Shown one piece after another: positions 38,672-47,888 of a stretch of DNA of 64,000 nucleotides (position 1 is the first letter of the stretch; the number at the start of each line of letters is the position of its first letter). Made by a program: the position numbers and the translations under genes. The stretch lies in IMG/VR virus record IMGVR_UViG_3300013110_000406, one strand, 5' to 3'. This DNA comes from an uncultured virus (IMG/VR IMGVR_UViG_3300013110_000406) (taxonomy: Duplodnaviria; Heunggongvirae; Uroviricota; Caudoviricetes). The notes below the pieces were generated by a model that did no database searches, was not told the origin of the DNA, and was given only the letters and a program-made list of their open reading frames with translations.

Positions 38672-39799
38672 ATGAACAACCCTGACGATTTTGATTTTGC
38701 CGAGACAGCAACGGAAACCAATCCGCCTGCTCTCGAAACCCCTAAAACTAGTGAGTTCGACGACTTTGATTTCGTCGATCACTATGGAGACGATGAAGAA
38801 GTAACCCACGAGAATTTGCTTCCGGAGAACACTGTTCCCGCATCACTGAACTGTGCCATTGTTGGCGTAGGTGGAGGTGGGGGCAAGATGGCCAAAGCCT
38901 TTCTCGATCTTGGCTACAACAGGACTCTGCTTGTTAATACCACTGCTAAAGATATCCCTGACGCTGTGGGTGATGAGCATGTGGTTTTGATTCCCGATGC
39001 CGATGGCATTGGAAAAGATGTGAATTTAGGAAAAGCTGTGTTTGATGCAAACAGTACAGTCGTAGAAGATGCCCTCCGCACAAAATTAGGCAAAGTTGAC
39101 TGGCTGTTCGTTTGCGCTGGAGGTGGCGGTGGAACTGGTTCTGCCGTCGCTTCTCTACACAGCGTCTTTGAGCGCTACCTTAAGTCGGTACAAGCCGAAG
39201 GCGAGGTAGTATACATTACGTCGTGGCCGACCGCACAAGAATGCTTGAATCCAACAATTAGCAAGAATGCGTTAGCTTTACTTAATGATGTTTCCCAGCA
39301 CACTCACATCGTTTTGGACAACGAACGCCAAGTTAAATTGTTGCGCGGAAAGGTGGGGATGCTGAATCTGTTTCCTTCTGCCAACACGGCGTTTGCAAAG
39401 TTAATGACTCAAATTCTCAAACTCTCCAGCGATAAATCGCCGATTCAATCGTTTGATACCAAAGATCTAGAAAGATGTTTGCGAACCCCACAAAGAATGT
39501 TTATTGGATCGACAATGGTAAAAGATCCCGCTACGCCAAACCTAGGCGCTACGATTCTTCAGAATTGTATGAAGCGTTCTCCGTGTCCCGCCCCCAAAGG
39601 TAAGCCCCAAACCGGCGCATTATTATTGATTGCGTCGTCTGAGATGGCAAACGATCCAGAGATTAGCAAACACATGGATGCAGCGATTGGATATGTTGGC
39701 GGCAGAACAGACACACTTTTTTCAGGTGTTTATATTAATGATAATGTACCTGGGCTCGTTGCCATACTATGTATGAATGGGCTACCCAAAGGAAAATAA
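38672..39799 (+). CDS. Tubulin/FtsZ-family GTPase (PhuZ/TubZ/CetZ-like)
   Basis: IVGVGGGGGK, VNT, GIGKD..LGK, signature AGGGGGTGS, LDNE and a T7-loop-like FDTKDL. Confidence 0.9.
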   Translation: MNNPDDFDFAETATETNPPALETPKTSEFDDFDFVDHYGDDEEVTHENLLPENTVPASLNCAIVGVGGGGGKMAKAFLDLGYNRTLLVNTTAKDIPDAVGDEHVVLIPDADGIGKDVNLGKAVFDANSTVVEDALRTKLGKVDWLFVCAGGGGGTGSAVASLHSVFERYLKSVQAEGEVVYITSWPTAQECLNPTISKNALALLNDVSQHTHIVLDNERQVKLLRGKVGMLNLFPSANTAFAKLMTQILKLSSDKSPIQSFDTKDLERCLRTPQRMFIGSTMVKDPATPNLGATILQNCMKRSPCPAPKGKPQTGALLLIASSEMANDPEISKHMDAAIGYVGGRTDTLFSGVYINDNVPGLVAILCMNGLPKGK

Positions 39800-39802
39800 T
39801 AA

Positions 39803-39964
39803 ATGAGTACACCACGAGATTTAGCGCGAGATACATGGGCAAGAACGAAGCAGCTTGTTTTGCTTAACGGCGCATTAGAAGATTATGTCCTGCTCGCCGT
39901 TACGAAAGTAACGTGTTTGGCTATCGGACTTGCCGCTGGCTGGCACATGTGGGGAGGAGTATAA
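39803..39964 (+). CDS. Small membrane protein (53 aa), not in the ORF track
   Basis: Manual translation MSTPRDLARDTWARTKQLVLLNGALEDYVLLAVTKVTCLAIGLAAGWHMWGGV; AAGGA SD; fills the gap exactly. Confidence 0.65.
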   Translation: MSTPRDLARDTWARTKQLVLLNGALEDYVLLAVTKVTCLAIGLAAGWHMWGGV

Positions 39965-40309
39965 ATGAAAATCACCAAATCCCAATTGATGCAGATTATT
40001 AAAGAAGAAACATCTAGCTTAAACGAAATGCCGTATCGGCAAGGGGGTCGCCACGCCGGCTACGACGCCAATTGGCGCCGCACGTTTGGTGAGCCAGATC
40101 CCTCTCAAAAAGATACGGAAGCACAAGCCATTGCAGACATGGATGTGGGAATTGCGCGAGAGTTTGCGCAAGACGTTGTAGAATTTGTACGCCAGAATGT
40201 AGCTTCTGAGCAGGCACCAGCCCTGGCAGAAATGTCGATGGGGGACTTTTTGAGACTAGCTGCTGATTTAGCAGGCGATGAGCCGCTGGTAACACAAGTC
40301 GGAGAATAA
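39965..40309 (+). CDS. Protein with MKITKSQLMQIIKEE leader
   Basis: GGAGG SD; leader almost identical to the next gene. Confidence 0.75.
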   Translation: MKITKSQLMQIIKEETSSLNEMPYRQGGRHAGYDANWRRTFGEPDPSQKDTEAQAIADMDVGIAREFAQDVVEFVRQNVASEQAPALAEMSMGDFLRLAADLAGDEPLVTQVGE

Positions 40310-40310
40310 G

Positions 40311-40547
40311 ATGAAAGTAACCAAGTCCCAATTGATGCAGATCATCAAAGAGGAGATTACGAATATGAATCGTGGACTTCGAGAGTTTGCAGAATGGGTG
40401 ATGGAAGTAAATGGACATATTGAAAGCTTGTCTGACGAATATGTATCGGCAGACGAATTGGCCACCGACGTTAATCTGTATGATTTATGGTACCAGGGAA
40501 TCCCGGCTGCCGCGGCTGCGCAAGATCTTATAAGCGGTGACTATTGA
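40311..40547 (+). CDS. Protein with MKVTKSQLMQIIKEE leader
   Basis: GGAG SD; shared leader. Confidence 0.75.
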   Translation: MKVTKSQLMQIIKEEITNMNRGLREFAEWVMEVNGHIESLSDEYVSADELATDVNLYDLWYQGIPAAAAAQDLISGDY

Positions 40548-40681
40548 TGAAGCTTTGGAATAAACTAAATCACTGGCTCGACTGGCGCGGCATTAAGTGG
40601 ACCGACATTATCGGCTCGGGTGTAGCGTTTGGAACAATCATCGGACTAGTTATAGTATTAACCTGGGCAGGATTGCAATGA
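40547..40681 (+). CDS. Small membrane protein (44 aa), not in the ORF track
   Basis: MKLWNKLNHWLDWRGIKWTDIIGSGVAFGTIIGLVIVLTWAGLQ; TGATG and ATGA overlaps on the two sides. Confidence 0.65.
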   Translation: MKLWNKLNHWLDWRGIKWTDIIGSGVAFGTIIGLVIVLTWAGLQ

Positions 40682-40875
40682 GAGAAAGGCTTCGAAGGTT
40701 ATGGAGTGTAGACGTGCTGGCTGTAGGGCTGGCATTACTTGCTTTGGCATACGCGTGCTGTGTGCACCATCGAGCCCAAGAAAGATTGAATGAAATTGAA
40801 GGCGTGGTTAACGAAGGAATTCATATTCCGACACAGCCAACTCCACCAGTGAGGTTCGAACCAGAATGTCAATAA
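40678..40875 (+). CDS. Small membrane-anchored protein
   Basis: Start re-placed at 40678 (ATGA overlap); hydrophobic VLAVGLALLALAYACC segment. Confidence 0.55.
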   Translation: MRERLRRLWSVDVLAVGLALLALAYACCVHHRAQERLNEIEGVVNEGIHIPTQPTPPVRFEPECQ

Positions 40876-41870
40876 AGATTACAAAAAAGAAACTGATGGA
40901 AACTGTGGAGAAGGAAATGAAAAATGTCCTTCTAGAGACATATTTGCGCATCCACCTTTCACAAGTTTTAACAGAGCGAACTGAGGGAATGTCGACTGCT
41001 AAAATTGAGGCGCTGCTCTCATCTGTGATTGACAATTTGGAGGGTATCGATATGAGTATCGATTACCTCACTTCAGCGATAACTGGTCATGATCCATATT
41101 CTTTGGGGATCGCACAGAAGGTGGCCGGCCGCGGCGGCGGACGCTTCTCTCCTGTTCCATCCCCTCCGGAACAAGTCTCTGAAGCGGAAGAATTGTCGGA
41201 ACTAAACCCTAATAAAACATTGGACCAACAAGAGCCCGAGGACTTTGAAGAGCCCGAGGAAGATCCTGACGCTTTAAGGTCCGATACAGTTTTAGGGGCC
41301 ACCGGAAAATGGCCTGAAGAGCCTTCTGAGCCAGCGCAACAACGGCCTCCTCGTGAATATCGAAGTAAGGCCATTGAACTTTTGGCTTCGTTTCATGTAA
41401 ATGTTGATCAGCAAGCTATAGATGCAGTGGCGTGGCAACTATACCACAATGCCATGGGCGCCCCCACGCAGGCGATGGAAGAACCCCCGAAGAAACGAAA
41501 AAGATTTAAGTTTTTTGAAAACGTAGGAAAACGCCCTAATGCTGAGCTACTAGCTTTATTGCGAACAATGTTGAAAACTGCCGAAGATCCTTATGCAGAT
41601 GAACAACGACTCCTATCTTTAGGAGGTGAATTAGAAGACATGCTCGGCCAATTGGCGCCGGCAGCCGAGTGGGCCCAAGAGCAGGGCTATGACCGGCCTA
41701 CATATAGTGAAAACCTACAGCAGTATATTAGAGAAGAACTCGAAGCTTATTTGGAAGAAGAGGAAAAGAATAATCCTTGGGCCATATGCACTAGTTCTGT
41801 CGGCAGAGAAGATAAAGAAAAATATGAGAAATGCGTAAAAAGCATAAAAGCACAAAATAGAGGAAAATAA
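40866..41870 (+). CDS. Acidic protein with a KITKKKL leader variant and C-terminal NPWAICT..CV module
   Basis: 334-aa ORF; internal LQQYIREEL tag. Confidence 0.7.
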   Translation: MSIKITKKKLMETVEKEMKNVLLETYLRIHLSQVLTERTEGMSTAKIEALLSSVIDNLEGIDMSIDYLTSAITGHDPYSLGIAQKVAGRGGGRFSPVPSPPEQVSEAEELSELNPNKTLDQQEPEDFEEPEEDPDALRSDTVLGATGKWPEEPSEPAQQRPPREYRSKAIELLASFHVNVDQQAIDAVAWQLYHNAMGAPTQAMEEPPKKRKRFKFFENVGKRPNAELLALLRTMLKTAEDPYADEQRLLSLGGELEDMLGQLAPAAEWAQEQGYDRPTYSENLQQYIREELEAYLEEEEKNNPWAICTSSVGREDKEKYEKCVKSIKAQNRGK

Positions 41871-41871
41871 A

Positions 41872-42063
41872 ATGAGTGTATTAAGTAACTTATGGAATAG
41901 CACCGTCACAGCCGCAGGTCACGTATGGAGCGTTGCCCTGGATTTAGGATGGTCAGTATGGCACGAAGTCAAAGATGGCATTAGTCGTTTAAGCTGGTGG
42001 TTATTGGTCGGATTGGTCTGGCTCGATGGACTAGCAGTAGGCTGGTGGCTGTGGAGTAGCTAG
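41872..42063 (+). CDS. Small Trp-rich membrane protein
   Basis: GAGG SD; hydrophobic C-terminus GLAVGWWLW resembles that of 39803. Confidence 0.65.
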   Translation: MSVLSNLWNSTVTAAGHVWSVALDLGWSVWHEVKDGISRLSWWLLVGLVWLDGLAVGWWLWSS

Positions 42064-42257
42064 TGGCTGAGCATAAAGGATTTTTAGATACGTGGTTGTT
42101 AAAGCTTACTTCTCGTAAGTTATTGGTATGGATAACTGCGTCTGCATTAGCCTTTACCGGGTATTTGACGAGCGGTGATTGGGTAGTTATTAGTACCGTC
42201 TTCATTGGCACCCAAGGTGCCGTCGACATTGTTGAGAGATTCAAGGGACGCAAGTGA
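42063..42257 (+). CDS. Putative holin (2 TM)
   Basis: KLTSRKLLVW followed by two hydrophobic segments and a basic C-terminus; the SRK pattern is common in small phage holins. Confidence 0.55.
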   Translation: MAEHKGFLDTWLLKLTSRKLLVWITASALAFTGYLTSGDWVVISTVFIGTQGAVDIVERFKGRK

Positions 42258-42640
42258 CACCACAACAACTGATCATCCAGTTCTTAGTAAAGAATTGGAA
42301 AGGAGTATTGATCGTTCTTTTGTCTGGCGTAGTGATGGGCAAAATGCGCTATGACTATAAGCAGATGCAAGCGGCATACGAGGCTTCAGAACAATCTCTG
42401 CAAGCTCAGATTGCTGGACTGCAAGAGATCCACAAGAAGCAAATGGCGGATATGGAAGAATCACTACAGGTCTACAAAGATACCTTAGATCAAGTAGAAC
42501 AAGATTACCAAGAGAGCCAAGAAGAATTGCTCGAAGAGATCGAGAACCGTAGAGAAGAATACGGAAGACAATTCTCTCAAGACCCAGAAGAACTAGCGGA
42601 GACTATAATGTTAATGTACGGATTTAATTATGTTCCTTAG
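42254..42640 (+). CDS. N-terminally anchored coiled-coil protein, i-spanin-like
   Basis: N-terminal TM (GVLIVLLSGVVM) then a long heptad/Gln-Glu helix; follows the holin-like gene. Confidence 0.5.
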   Translation: MTPQQLIIQFLVKNWKGVLIVLLSGVVMGKMRYDYKQMQAAYEASEQSLQAQIAGLQEIHKKQMADMEESLQVYKDTLDQVEQDYQESQEELLEEIENRREEYGRQFSQDPEELAETIMLMYGFNYVP

Positions 42641-43049
42641 TCTATTATTAATGTTAACAGGCCCGGCCCAGGCCGAGGACGCAGGACAATTTACCTTTCT
42701 AGGGCACCAGCAGTGTGCCCCGTTTGAGGGTGTGCTTTTTGATGTGCCAGCGTTGTCTGAAATCATGGCGCGCCAGTCCACCGCCAATCTCGCATGCCAA
42801 GCACGAATTGACTATGAACTTTCAGTTGAAATTGCAAGCTACGAGCTAGAACTTCGCAATTGGGAGATTCAGTATAACGCCCTACATGAAGAAAGCAGTC
42901 TTCTGATCTTCCAGAAGGATGAAGAGATTGACCACCTTCAAAGAACTCTCTTGAAGCAATCCCCCCGCAATAATTGGATGTGGGCCGCCGGCGGTGTTGG
43001 AGTAGGAATCTTAAGCACCTATGCAGCCTATAGGCTGTTTAATGAGTGA
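42630..43049 (+). CDS. Exported coiled-coil protein with C-terminal TM, possible spanin partner
   Basis: Signal-like MFLSLLLMLTGPAQA, coiled coil, C-terminal WMWAAGGVGVGILSTYAAY. Confidence 0.5.
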   Translation: MFLSLLLMLTGPAQAEDAGQFTFLGHQQCAPFEGVLFDVPALSEIMARQSTANLACQARIDYELSVEIASYELELRNWEIQYNALHEESSLLIFQKDEEIDHLQRTLLKQSPRNNWMWAAGGVGVGILSTYAAYRLFNE

Positions 43050-43431
43050 TAAAGATTTCGATAAATTAGCTGCGATAGAGCAGGCTATTTCCCAAAAATA
43101 TGGCAAAGAAGCAATTCAAAACCCACGCGCAAATTGGGACGAGACCAAAGAGAAAGAATATCTTGTACAAATGCGAGAGTTATATAAAAAAACAGATAAG
43201 AATGAAACCTTCCAAGAGAAAATAGATGTAAATGGCATAAAGGTTTCAAAGAAACTATTTAATAGAGATTCTTTACAACATTGTTCTGTGTGTTCTGCGC
43301 TAGCGCGAAAGGTACTGGATGATGTTTGTTTTCTAAAATTTGATTGCTGCCATAAATGCTATGTTAAATATGTAGAAGATAGAGAAGAAAGATGGGAACA
43401 AGGTTGGAGACCACAAAAAGGAAATAAATAA
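43042..43431 (+). CDS. Hypothetical protein with C-terminal Cys cluster
   Basis: CSVC...C...CCHKC; probable start 43042 (MSDKDF). Confidence 0.65.
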   Translation: MSDKDFDKLAAIEQAISQKYGKEAIQNPRANWDETKEKEYLVQMRELYKKTDKNETFQEKIDVNGIKVSKKLFNRDSLQHCSVCSALARKVLDDVCFLKFDCCHKCYVKYVEDREERWEQGWRPQKGNK

Positions 43432-43985
43432 TGGCAACAGTTTACGAAATCGTACAAGGCTTAGCACAAGCCGCCGCTAATGCATATGATGGCGCGTTAG
43501 GAGAAGACTACGAGCCTGATAAGCCCGGTATTCTTCGCCGAGAAGAGGGTAATGCCCTCATCGATCAACGAGTGATGGATGGCTTCAATGTGAAGTTTTA
43601 TGGGAATATGATGTGCCTTAGCTATCAATCAGAAATCCAACTTAAAGAAGTTATCGCCGGCGGCTTTGAGGAAGATATCGATCAGCGCCTCACTGACATT
43701 TCAGGATGGCTTAAGAAAGAATACAAAAAGATTACTGGCGATTCGGTCAGCCTGACGGCCGAGGGTGAAGTAGATATCCGCGTGGAAAATTCTTCTCGGG
43801 TACGAACCTGGGTAGTGGCGAAGAAGCACTATCGTGTGGGTGGCTTGGACGAATCTATGAATGATGATAATCGAGGTTCCACCAATCCTGTGGAAGCCAA
43901 ATGGAAGACCTTTTTAGATCAAGGCGGCTGGAATGGTAAAGGCGGCACGCGCCCCGATAACGATACGAGGAAGAAAGAATCATGA
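43431..43985 (+). CDS. Hypothetical protein
   Basis: 184-aa ORF with AAGGA SD and TAATG overlap. Confidence 0.7.
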   Translation: MATVYEIVQGLAQAAANAYDGALGEDYEPDKPGILRREEGNALIDQRVMDGFNVKFYGNMMCLSYQSEIQLKEVIAGGFEEDIDQRLTDISGWLKKEYKKITGDSVSLTAEGEVDIRVENSSRVRTWVVAKKHYRVGGLDESMNDDNRGSTNPVEAKWKTFLDQGGWNGKGGTRPDNDTRKKES

Positions 43986-44326
43986 AAATTTCGATTGCAC
44001 GACTCAAAGAGATTATTATGGAAGAAGTTGCGGGAGCAACCACTGAAGGTCACGATAAAGATTGGGGTATGGGCAAGGACGAAAAGTCTCGCACCCGACC
44101 CGGAGAAGAAGATTATACCGGGCACAAGGGAGACGAGTCTCATACGCACCCCGGAGAACTGGATTATGAACATGATGGAGAAGATCTCGAAGGAAAAGCC
44201 AACCGCGTTCTCGCAGACTTACATGATGTAATGACGGCCGCAGGCCTTAATGTTGATCTAACTGCGGATGTAAGCGATGATGATATCGAAGCCGAAGAAG
44301 AAATAGAAATCGTAGATGATGAATGA
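43982..44326 (+). CDS. Acidic protein with MKISIARLKEIIMEE leader
   Basis: Leader variant; internal duplication SRTRPGEEDY / SHTHPGELDY. Confidence 0.7.
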   Translation: MKISIARLKEIIMEEVAGATTEGHDKDWGMGKDEKSRTRPGEEDYTGHKGDESHTHPGELDYEHDGEDLEGKANRVLADLHDVMTAAGLNVDLTADVSDDDIEAEEEIEIVDDE

Positions 44327-45909
44327 GTTTTCAATTAGACAAGAAACAGCAAGTCAACGAGATTCTGAAATGCGGTAAAGACCCAGCTTACTTTCTCACA
44401 AACTATGCTCGTATCTCTCACCCAATGCATGGGTTGATTTTATTTGATACATATGATTTTCAAGATGCGCTCCTAAATGACTTTAATGATTATCGCTTTA
44501 ATGTCATCCTTAAAGCACGTCAGCTTGGCATCTCTACAATCACAGCCGGCTATATCGTATGGATGATGCTATTTCATCGCGATAAGGCCATTTTAGTTAT
44601 GGCAACCAAGTTCGCCACCGCCGGCAACCTCGTCAAAAAGGTTAAAGGTATCATGCGCAATGTACCAGACTGGCTAAAGATTGCAACAATCAGCGTTGAC
44701 AACCGCACATCTTTCGAGTTGTCCAATGGTTCCTCTATTAAAGCCGCGTCCACTTCGGGCGATGCCGGTCGTTCCGAAGCACTGTCTCTTTTGGTTCTCG
44801 ACGAGGCCGCCCACATCGAAGGCTTAGAAGAATTATGGACTGGTCTATATCCGACGTTGTCCACAGGTGGGCGTTGTATTGCGTTGTCTACCCCAAATGG
44901 TGTGGGAAACTGGTTTCACAAGACCTGTACCGAAGCAGATTCTGGAGTAAACAATTTTAATTTAACGACGTTACCGTGGGATGTCCACCCAGATCGAGAT
45001 GAACAATGGTACACTAAAGAAACAAGAAACATGTCCAAGCGCCAGATTGCACAAGAATTACAATGTAATTTCAACACGTCTGGTGAAACAGTGATTGATC
45101 CCGAATGTATGGAATGGCTGCTATCGAATGTTAAAGAGCCCAAACATCGCACGGGATTTGACCGTAATTTTTGGATTTGGGAAGAATTTGATCCTACCTG
45201 TAATTATTTGATGGTGGTGGATGTATCTCGTGGCGATGGCGCCGATTTTTCTACATTTCATATTGTCAAATTAGAAACCTTAGAAGTCATCGGAGAATAT
45301 CAAGGAAAACTAACTCCTGATTTATTTGCTAACATGCTTAATCAAGTCGGCCGAGAGTTTGGAAATGCGATGATGGTAGTAGAAAATAATAATATTGGCT
45401 ATACAGTACTTGACAAACTTGTAGAATACGGTTATCCTAATATATATTATTCTATAAAGTCAACGCATGAATATATTGAGCAACATCAAGCTGAATATAA
45501 AACTAACACGATTGCCGGCTTCTCTACTACACAGAAGACCCGACCTTTAATAGTTGCAAAATTAGAAGAGTTTATAAGAAATAAACTAATTAAAGTGTAT
45601 TCATCCCGCACGGTTAATGAAATGAAAACTTTTATTTGGAAAAATGGAAAGCCTCAAGCTATGAAGAGTTATAATGATGATTTGATTATGGCTTTAGCAA
45701 TTGCATGTTGGGTGCGTGACACTGCTATTCAAACTAATGCACGTGATTTAAACTATCAGAAGGCGTTCGTAGATGCAATTATTACGACACGCACTACGAT
45801 GAACACGACTATTTCGGGCCAACAGGGGTACAAACAAGAGAATGCCCTAGATAAAAAAACGACAGAGGCGGCAAAACTTTATGAACAATATAAATGGATT
45901 ATTAAGTGA
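44323..45909 (+). CDS. terL: Terminase large subunit (T4 gp17-like)
   Basis: ILKARQLGIST Walker A, LLVLDEAAHI Walker B, LSTPNG, nuclease VDVSRGDGADFS and NDDLIMALAI. Confidence 0.96.
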   Translation: MSFQLDKKQQVNEILKCGKDPAYFLTNYARISHPMHGLILFDTYDFQDALLNDFNDYRFNVILKARQLGISTITAGYIVWMMLFHRDKAILVMATKFATAGNLVKKVKGIMRNVPDWLKIATISVDNRTSFELSNGSSIKAASTSGDAGRSEALSLLVLDEAAHIEGLEELWTGLYPTLSTGGRCIALSTPNGVGNWFHKTCTEADSGVNNFNLTTLPWDVHPDRDEQWYTKETRNMSKRQIAQELQCNFNTSGETVIDPECMEWLLSNVKEPKHRTGFDRNFWIWEEFDPTCNYLMVVDVSRGDGADFSTFHIVKLETLEVIGEYQGKLTPDLFANMLNQVGREFGNAMMVVENNNIGYTVLDKLVEYGYPNIYYSIKSTHEYIEQHQAEYKTNTIAGFSTTQKTRPLIVAKLEEFIRNKLIKVYSSRTVNEMKTFIWKNGKPQAMKSYNDDLIMALAIACWVRDTAIQTNARDLNYQKAFVDAIITTRTTMNTTISGQQGYKQENALDKKTTEAAKLYEQYKWIIK

Positions 45910-45917
45910 GATTATAA

Positions 45918-47888
45918 ATGGCAATTCAAGATAAAAACCCAGCAAACTCTGAAACGAGCTTATTCAAAGCGTTAACGCGTCTCTTCTCGGGTCCCATTGT
46001 TAACTATCGTTCTCAATCGGGACGTCGCATTCGGCGTCAACATTTAGATAAATTTTCCTCTCGCTTTAAATCGGCATCGGGGCAACAGTTTAAAAAGACA
46101 CTTTATAATCCTTTAGATGTTATTGCTACAAATGCGATTCAAAACCAACGACGTTCAGAGCGTTATGTAGATTTTGATCAGATGGAATATATGCCTGAAA
46201 TCGCATCTACGATGGACATCTATGCAGATGAGATGACAACATATTCTGAACTGCGCCCGATGCTTAATGTCCGATGTCCTAATGAAGAAATTAGTGCGGT
46301 ACTGGATGTCTTATTTGATAGCATCCTTAACTTAAAATACAATCTTTTTGGTTGGGCCCGCACGATGTGTAAATATGGTGATTTTTTCCTGTATGTTGAT
46401 ATCGATGACAAATATGGAGTGACATCTGTTCTACCGCTCCCGGCCCAAGAAGTTGAAAGACTAGAAGGTAAAGATGCCACCAACCCGAATTATGTGCAGT
46501 TTCAGTGGAACTCTGCTGGGATGACCTTTGAAAACTGGCAAGTTGCCCATTTCCGCATCTTAGGAAATGATAAGTACATTCCGTATGGAACATCAATTTT
46601 GGAGCCAGCACGACGCATTTGGCGCCAGCTAGTGTTGATGGAAGATGCTATGATGGCATATCGTGTTATCCGTTCTTCTGAGCGCCGAGTGTTTAAGATT
46701 GATGTCGGTTCTATTCCTCCCAATGAAGTCGAACAGTATATGGAAAAAATTGTGACCAACCTTAAGCGTCATCAAGTTATTGATCCTGAAAACGGACGTG
46801 TGGATTTGCGATACAACCCAATGTCTATCGAAGAAGATTATTTCATCCCAGTTCGCGCTGGCTCGGTCACAGAGATCAAGAACCTCGCCGGCGGCACCAA
46901 CACTACCGATATTGATGATATCAAGTATTTGCGTGATAAGCTTTTTTCCGCACTCAAGATACCTCAATCTTATCTAACGATGGGAGAAGGTGCCGAAGAA
47001 GACAAGACTACTCTTGCGCAGAAAGACATTCGTTTTGCAAGAACCATTCAGAGACTCCAAAGAGTTATTATCGCAGAGCTTACAAAGATTGGTATCATCC
47101 ATCTGTACACATTAGGCTTCAGAGGCGACGACTTATTAAGCTTCAGCTTAACTCTCAATAACCCGTCCAAGATTGCAGAACTTCAAGAAATTGAGACCTG
47201 GAAGCAGAAGTTCGACATTGCCGCTGCAGCCACAGAAGGTTATTTCTCACGGCGCTGGGTGTCCGAACATATCTTTGGTATGAATCATGAAGACTTTGGT
47301 CGCAATCAACGCGAAATGTATTATGATCGTAAGCACGACGCCGCTCTTCAGGCAGTCGCTGAAGCTGCTGCAGCCGAAGGCGCCGGCGGCGGAATGGGAG
47401 GCGATCTGGGGGGAGACCTTGGAGGCGATCTCGGAGGCGATCTCGGAGGAGATCTTGGTGGTGATCTTGGCGGAGGCGAGGAAATGCCCGCAGGTGAAGC
47501 CGGCGGTGATGAGGGAGGTGGCGATGATTCAGCGCTCCTAGCCGTCCCACCCGGCTCTCGTAACGAGCCTCGTCTGACCCCTGGAGCAAAGGGAAAAGTA
47601 TATTATCCTAAGAAGGTTGATGGCCGACCAGCAGGAGCCCGGACGCGCTCTATGGGCGCGAAGTACAATCGAGAAAAAGCTAGCTCGGCTATTCGGAATG
47701 TTGTCCCAGGCGCTGAGATCGGTTCCCTCGCAAAGATGGGCAGCTTGGGAAATGGTATTTATGAAGGACAAGCACCTATTTATAACGCAAGTGAGCTTTC
47801 TGAAGAAGAAAAGCTTTTTCACGTAAGCGATTCGATACGGGCGCTCCTTAAAGGATTAGAAGGATTGGAGAATAATAATGAAGGGTAG
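45918..47888 (+). CDS. Portal protein (T4 gp20-like)
   Basis: EDAMMAYRVIRSSERRVFKIDVG, EEDYFIPVR, DDIKYLRDKLFSALKIP, DIRFARTIQRLQ. Confidence 0.95.
   Translation: MAIQDKNPANSETSLFKALTRLFSGPIVNYRSQSGRRIRRQHLDKFSSRFKSASGQQFKKTLYNPLDVIATNAIQNQRRSERYVDFDQMEYMPEIASTMDIYADEMTTYSELRPMLNVRCPNEEISAVLDVLFDSILNLKYNLFGWARTMCKYGDFFLYVDIDDKYGVTSVLPLPAQEVERLEGKDATNPNYVQFQWNSAGMTFENWQVAHFRILGNDKYIPYGTSILEPARRIWRQLVLMEDAMMAYRVIRSSERRVFKIDVGSIPPNEVEQYMEKIVTNLKRHQVIDPENGRVDLRYNPMSIEEDYFIPVRAGSVTEIKNLAGGTNTTDIDDIKYLRDKLFSALKIPQSYLTMGEGAEEDKTTLAQKDIRFARTIQRLQRVIIAELTKIGIIHLYTLGFRGDDLLSFSLTLNNPSKIAELQEIETWKQKFDIAAAATEGYFSRRWVSEHIFGMNHEDFGRNQREMYYDRKHDAALQAVAEAAAAEGAGGGMGGDLGGDLGGDLGGDLGGDLGGDLGGGEEMPAGEAGGDEGGGDDSALLAVPPGSRNEPRLTPGAKGKVYYPKKVDGRPAGARTRSMGAKYNREKASSAIRNVVPGAEIGSLAKMGSLGNGIYEGQAPIYNASELSEEEKLFHVSDSIRALLKGLEGLENNNEG
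47397..47468 (+). repeat. Six tandem 12-nt units encoding (GGDL)6 in the portal C-terminal region
   Basis: GGN GGN GAY CTN repeated six times with synonymous variation. Confidence 0.9.

Noticed and set aside
38672..39799. Tubulin taken as evidence of a nucleus-forming phiKZ-like phage
   Set aside because: The head genes are T4-like, and no chimallin or multisubunit RNA polymerase is recognisable in this window
45410..45438. TTGACA-17-TATCCT inside the terminase gene
   Set aside because: Imperfect -10, lies in coding sequence about 480 nt from the next start; may be chance
47397..47468. Tandem repeat considered as a CRISPR array
   Set aside because: 12-nt in-frame coding units with no unique spacers; no cas genes in the window
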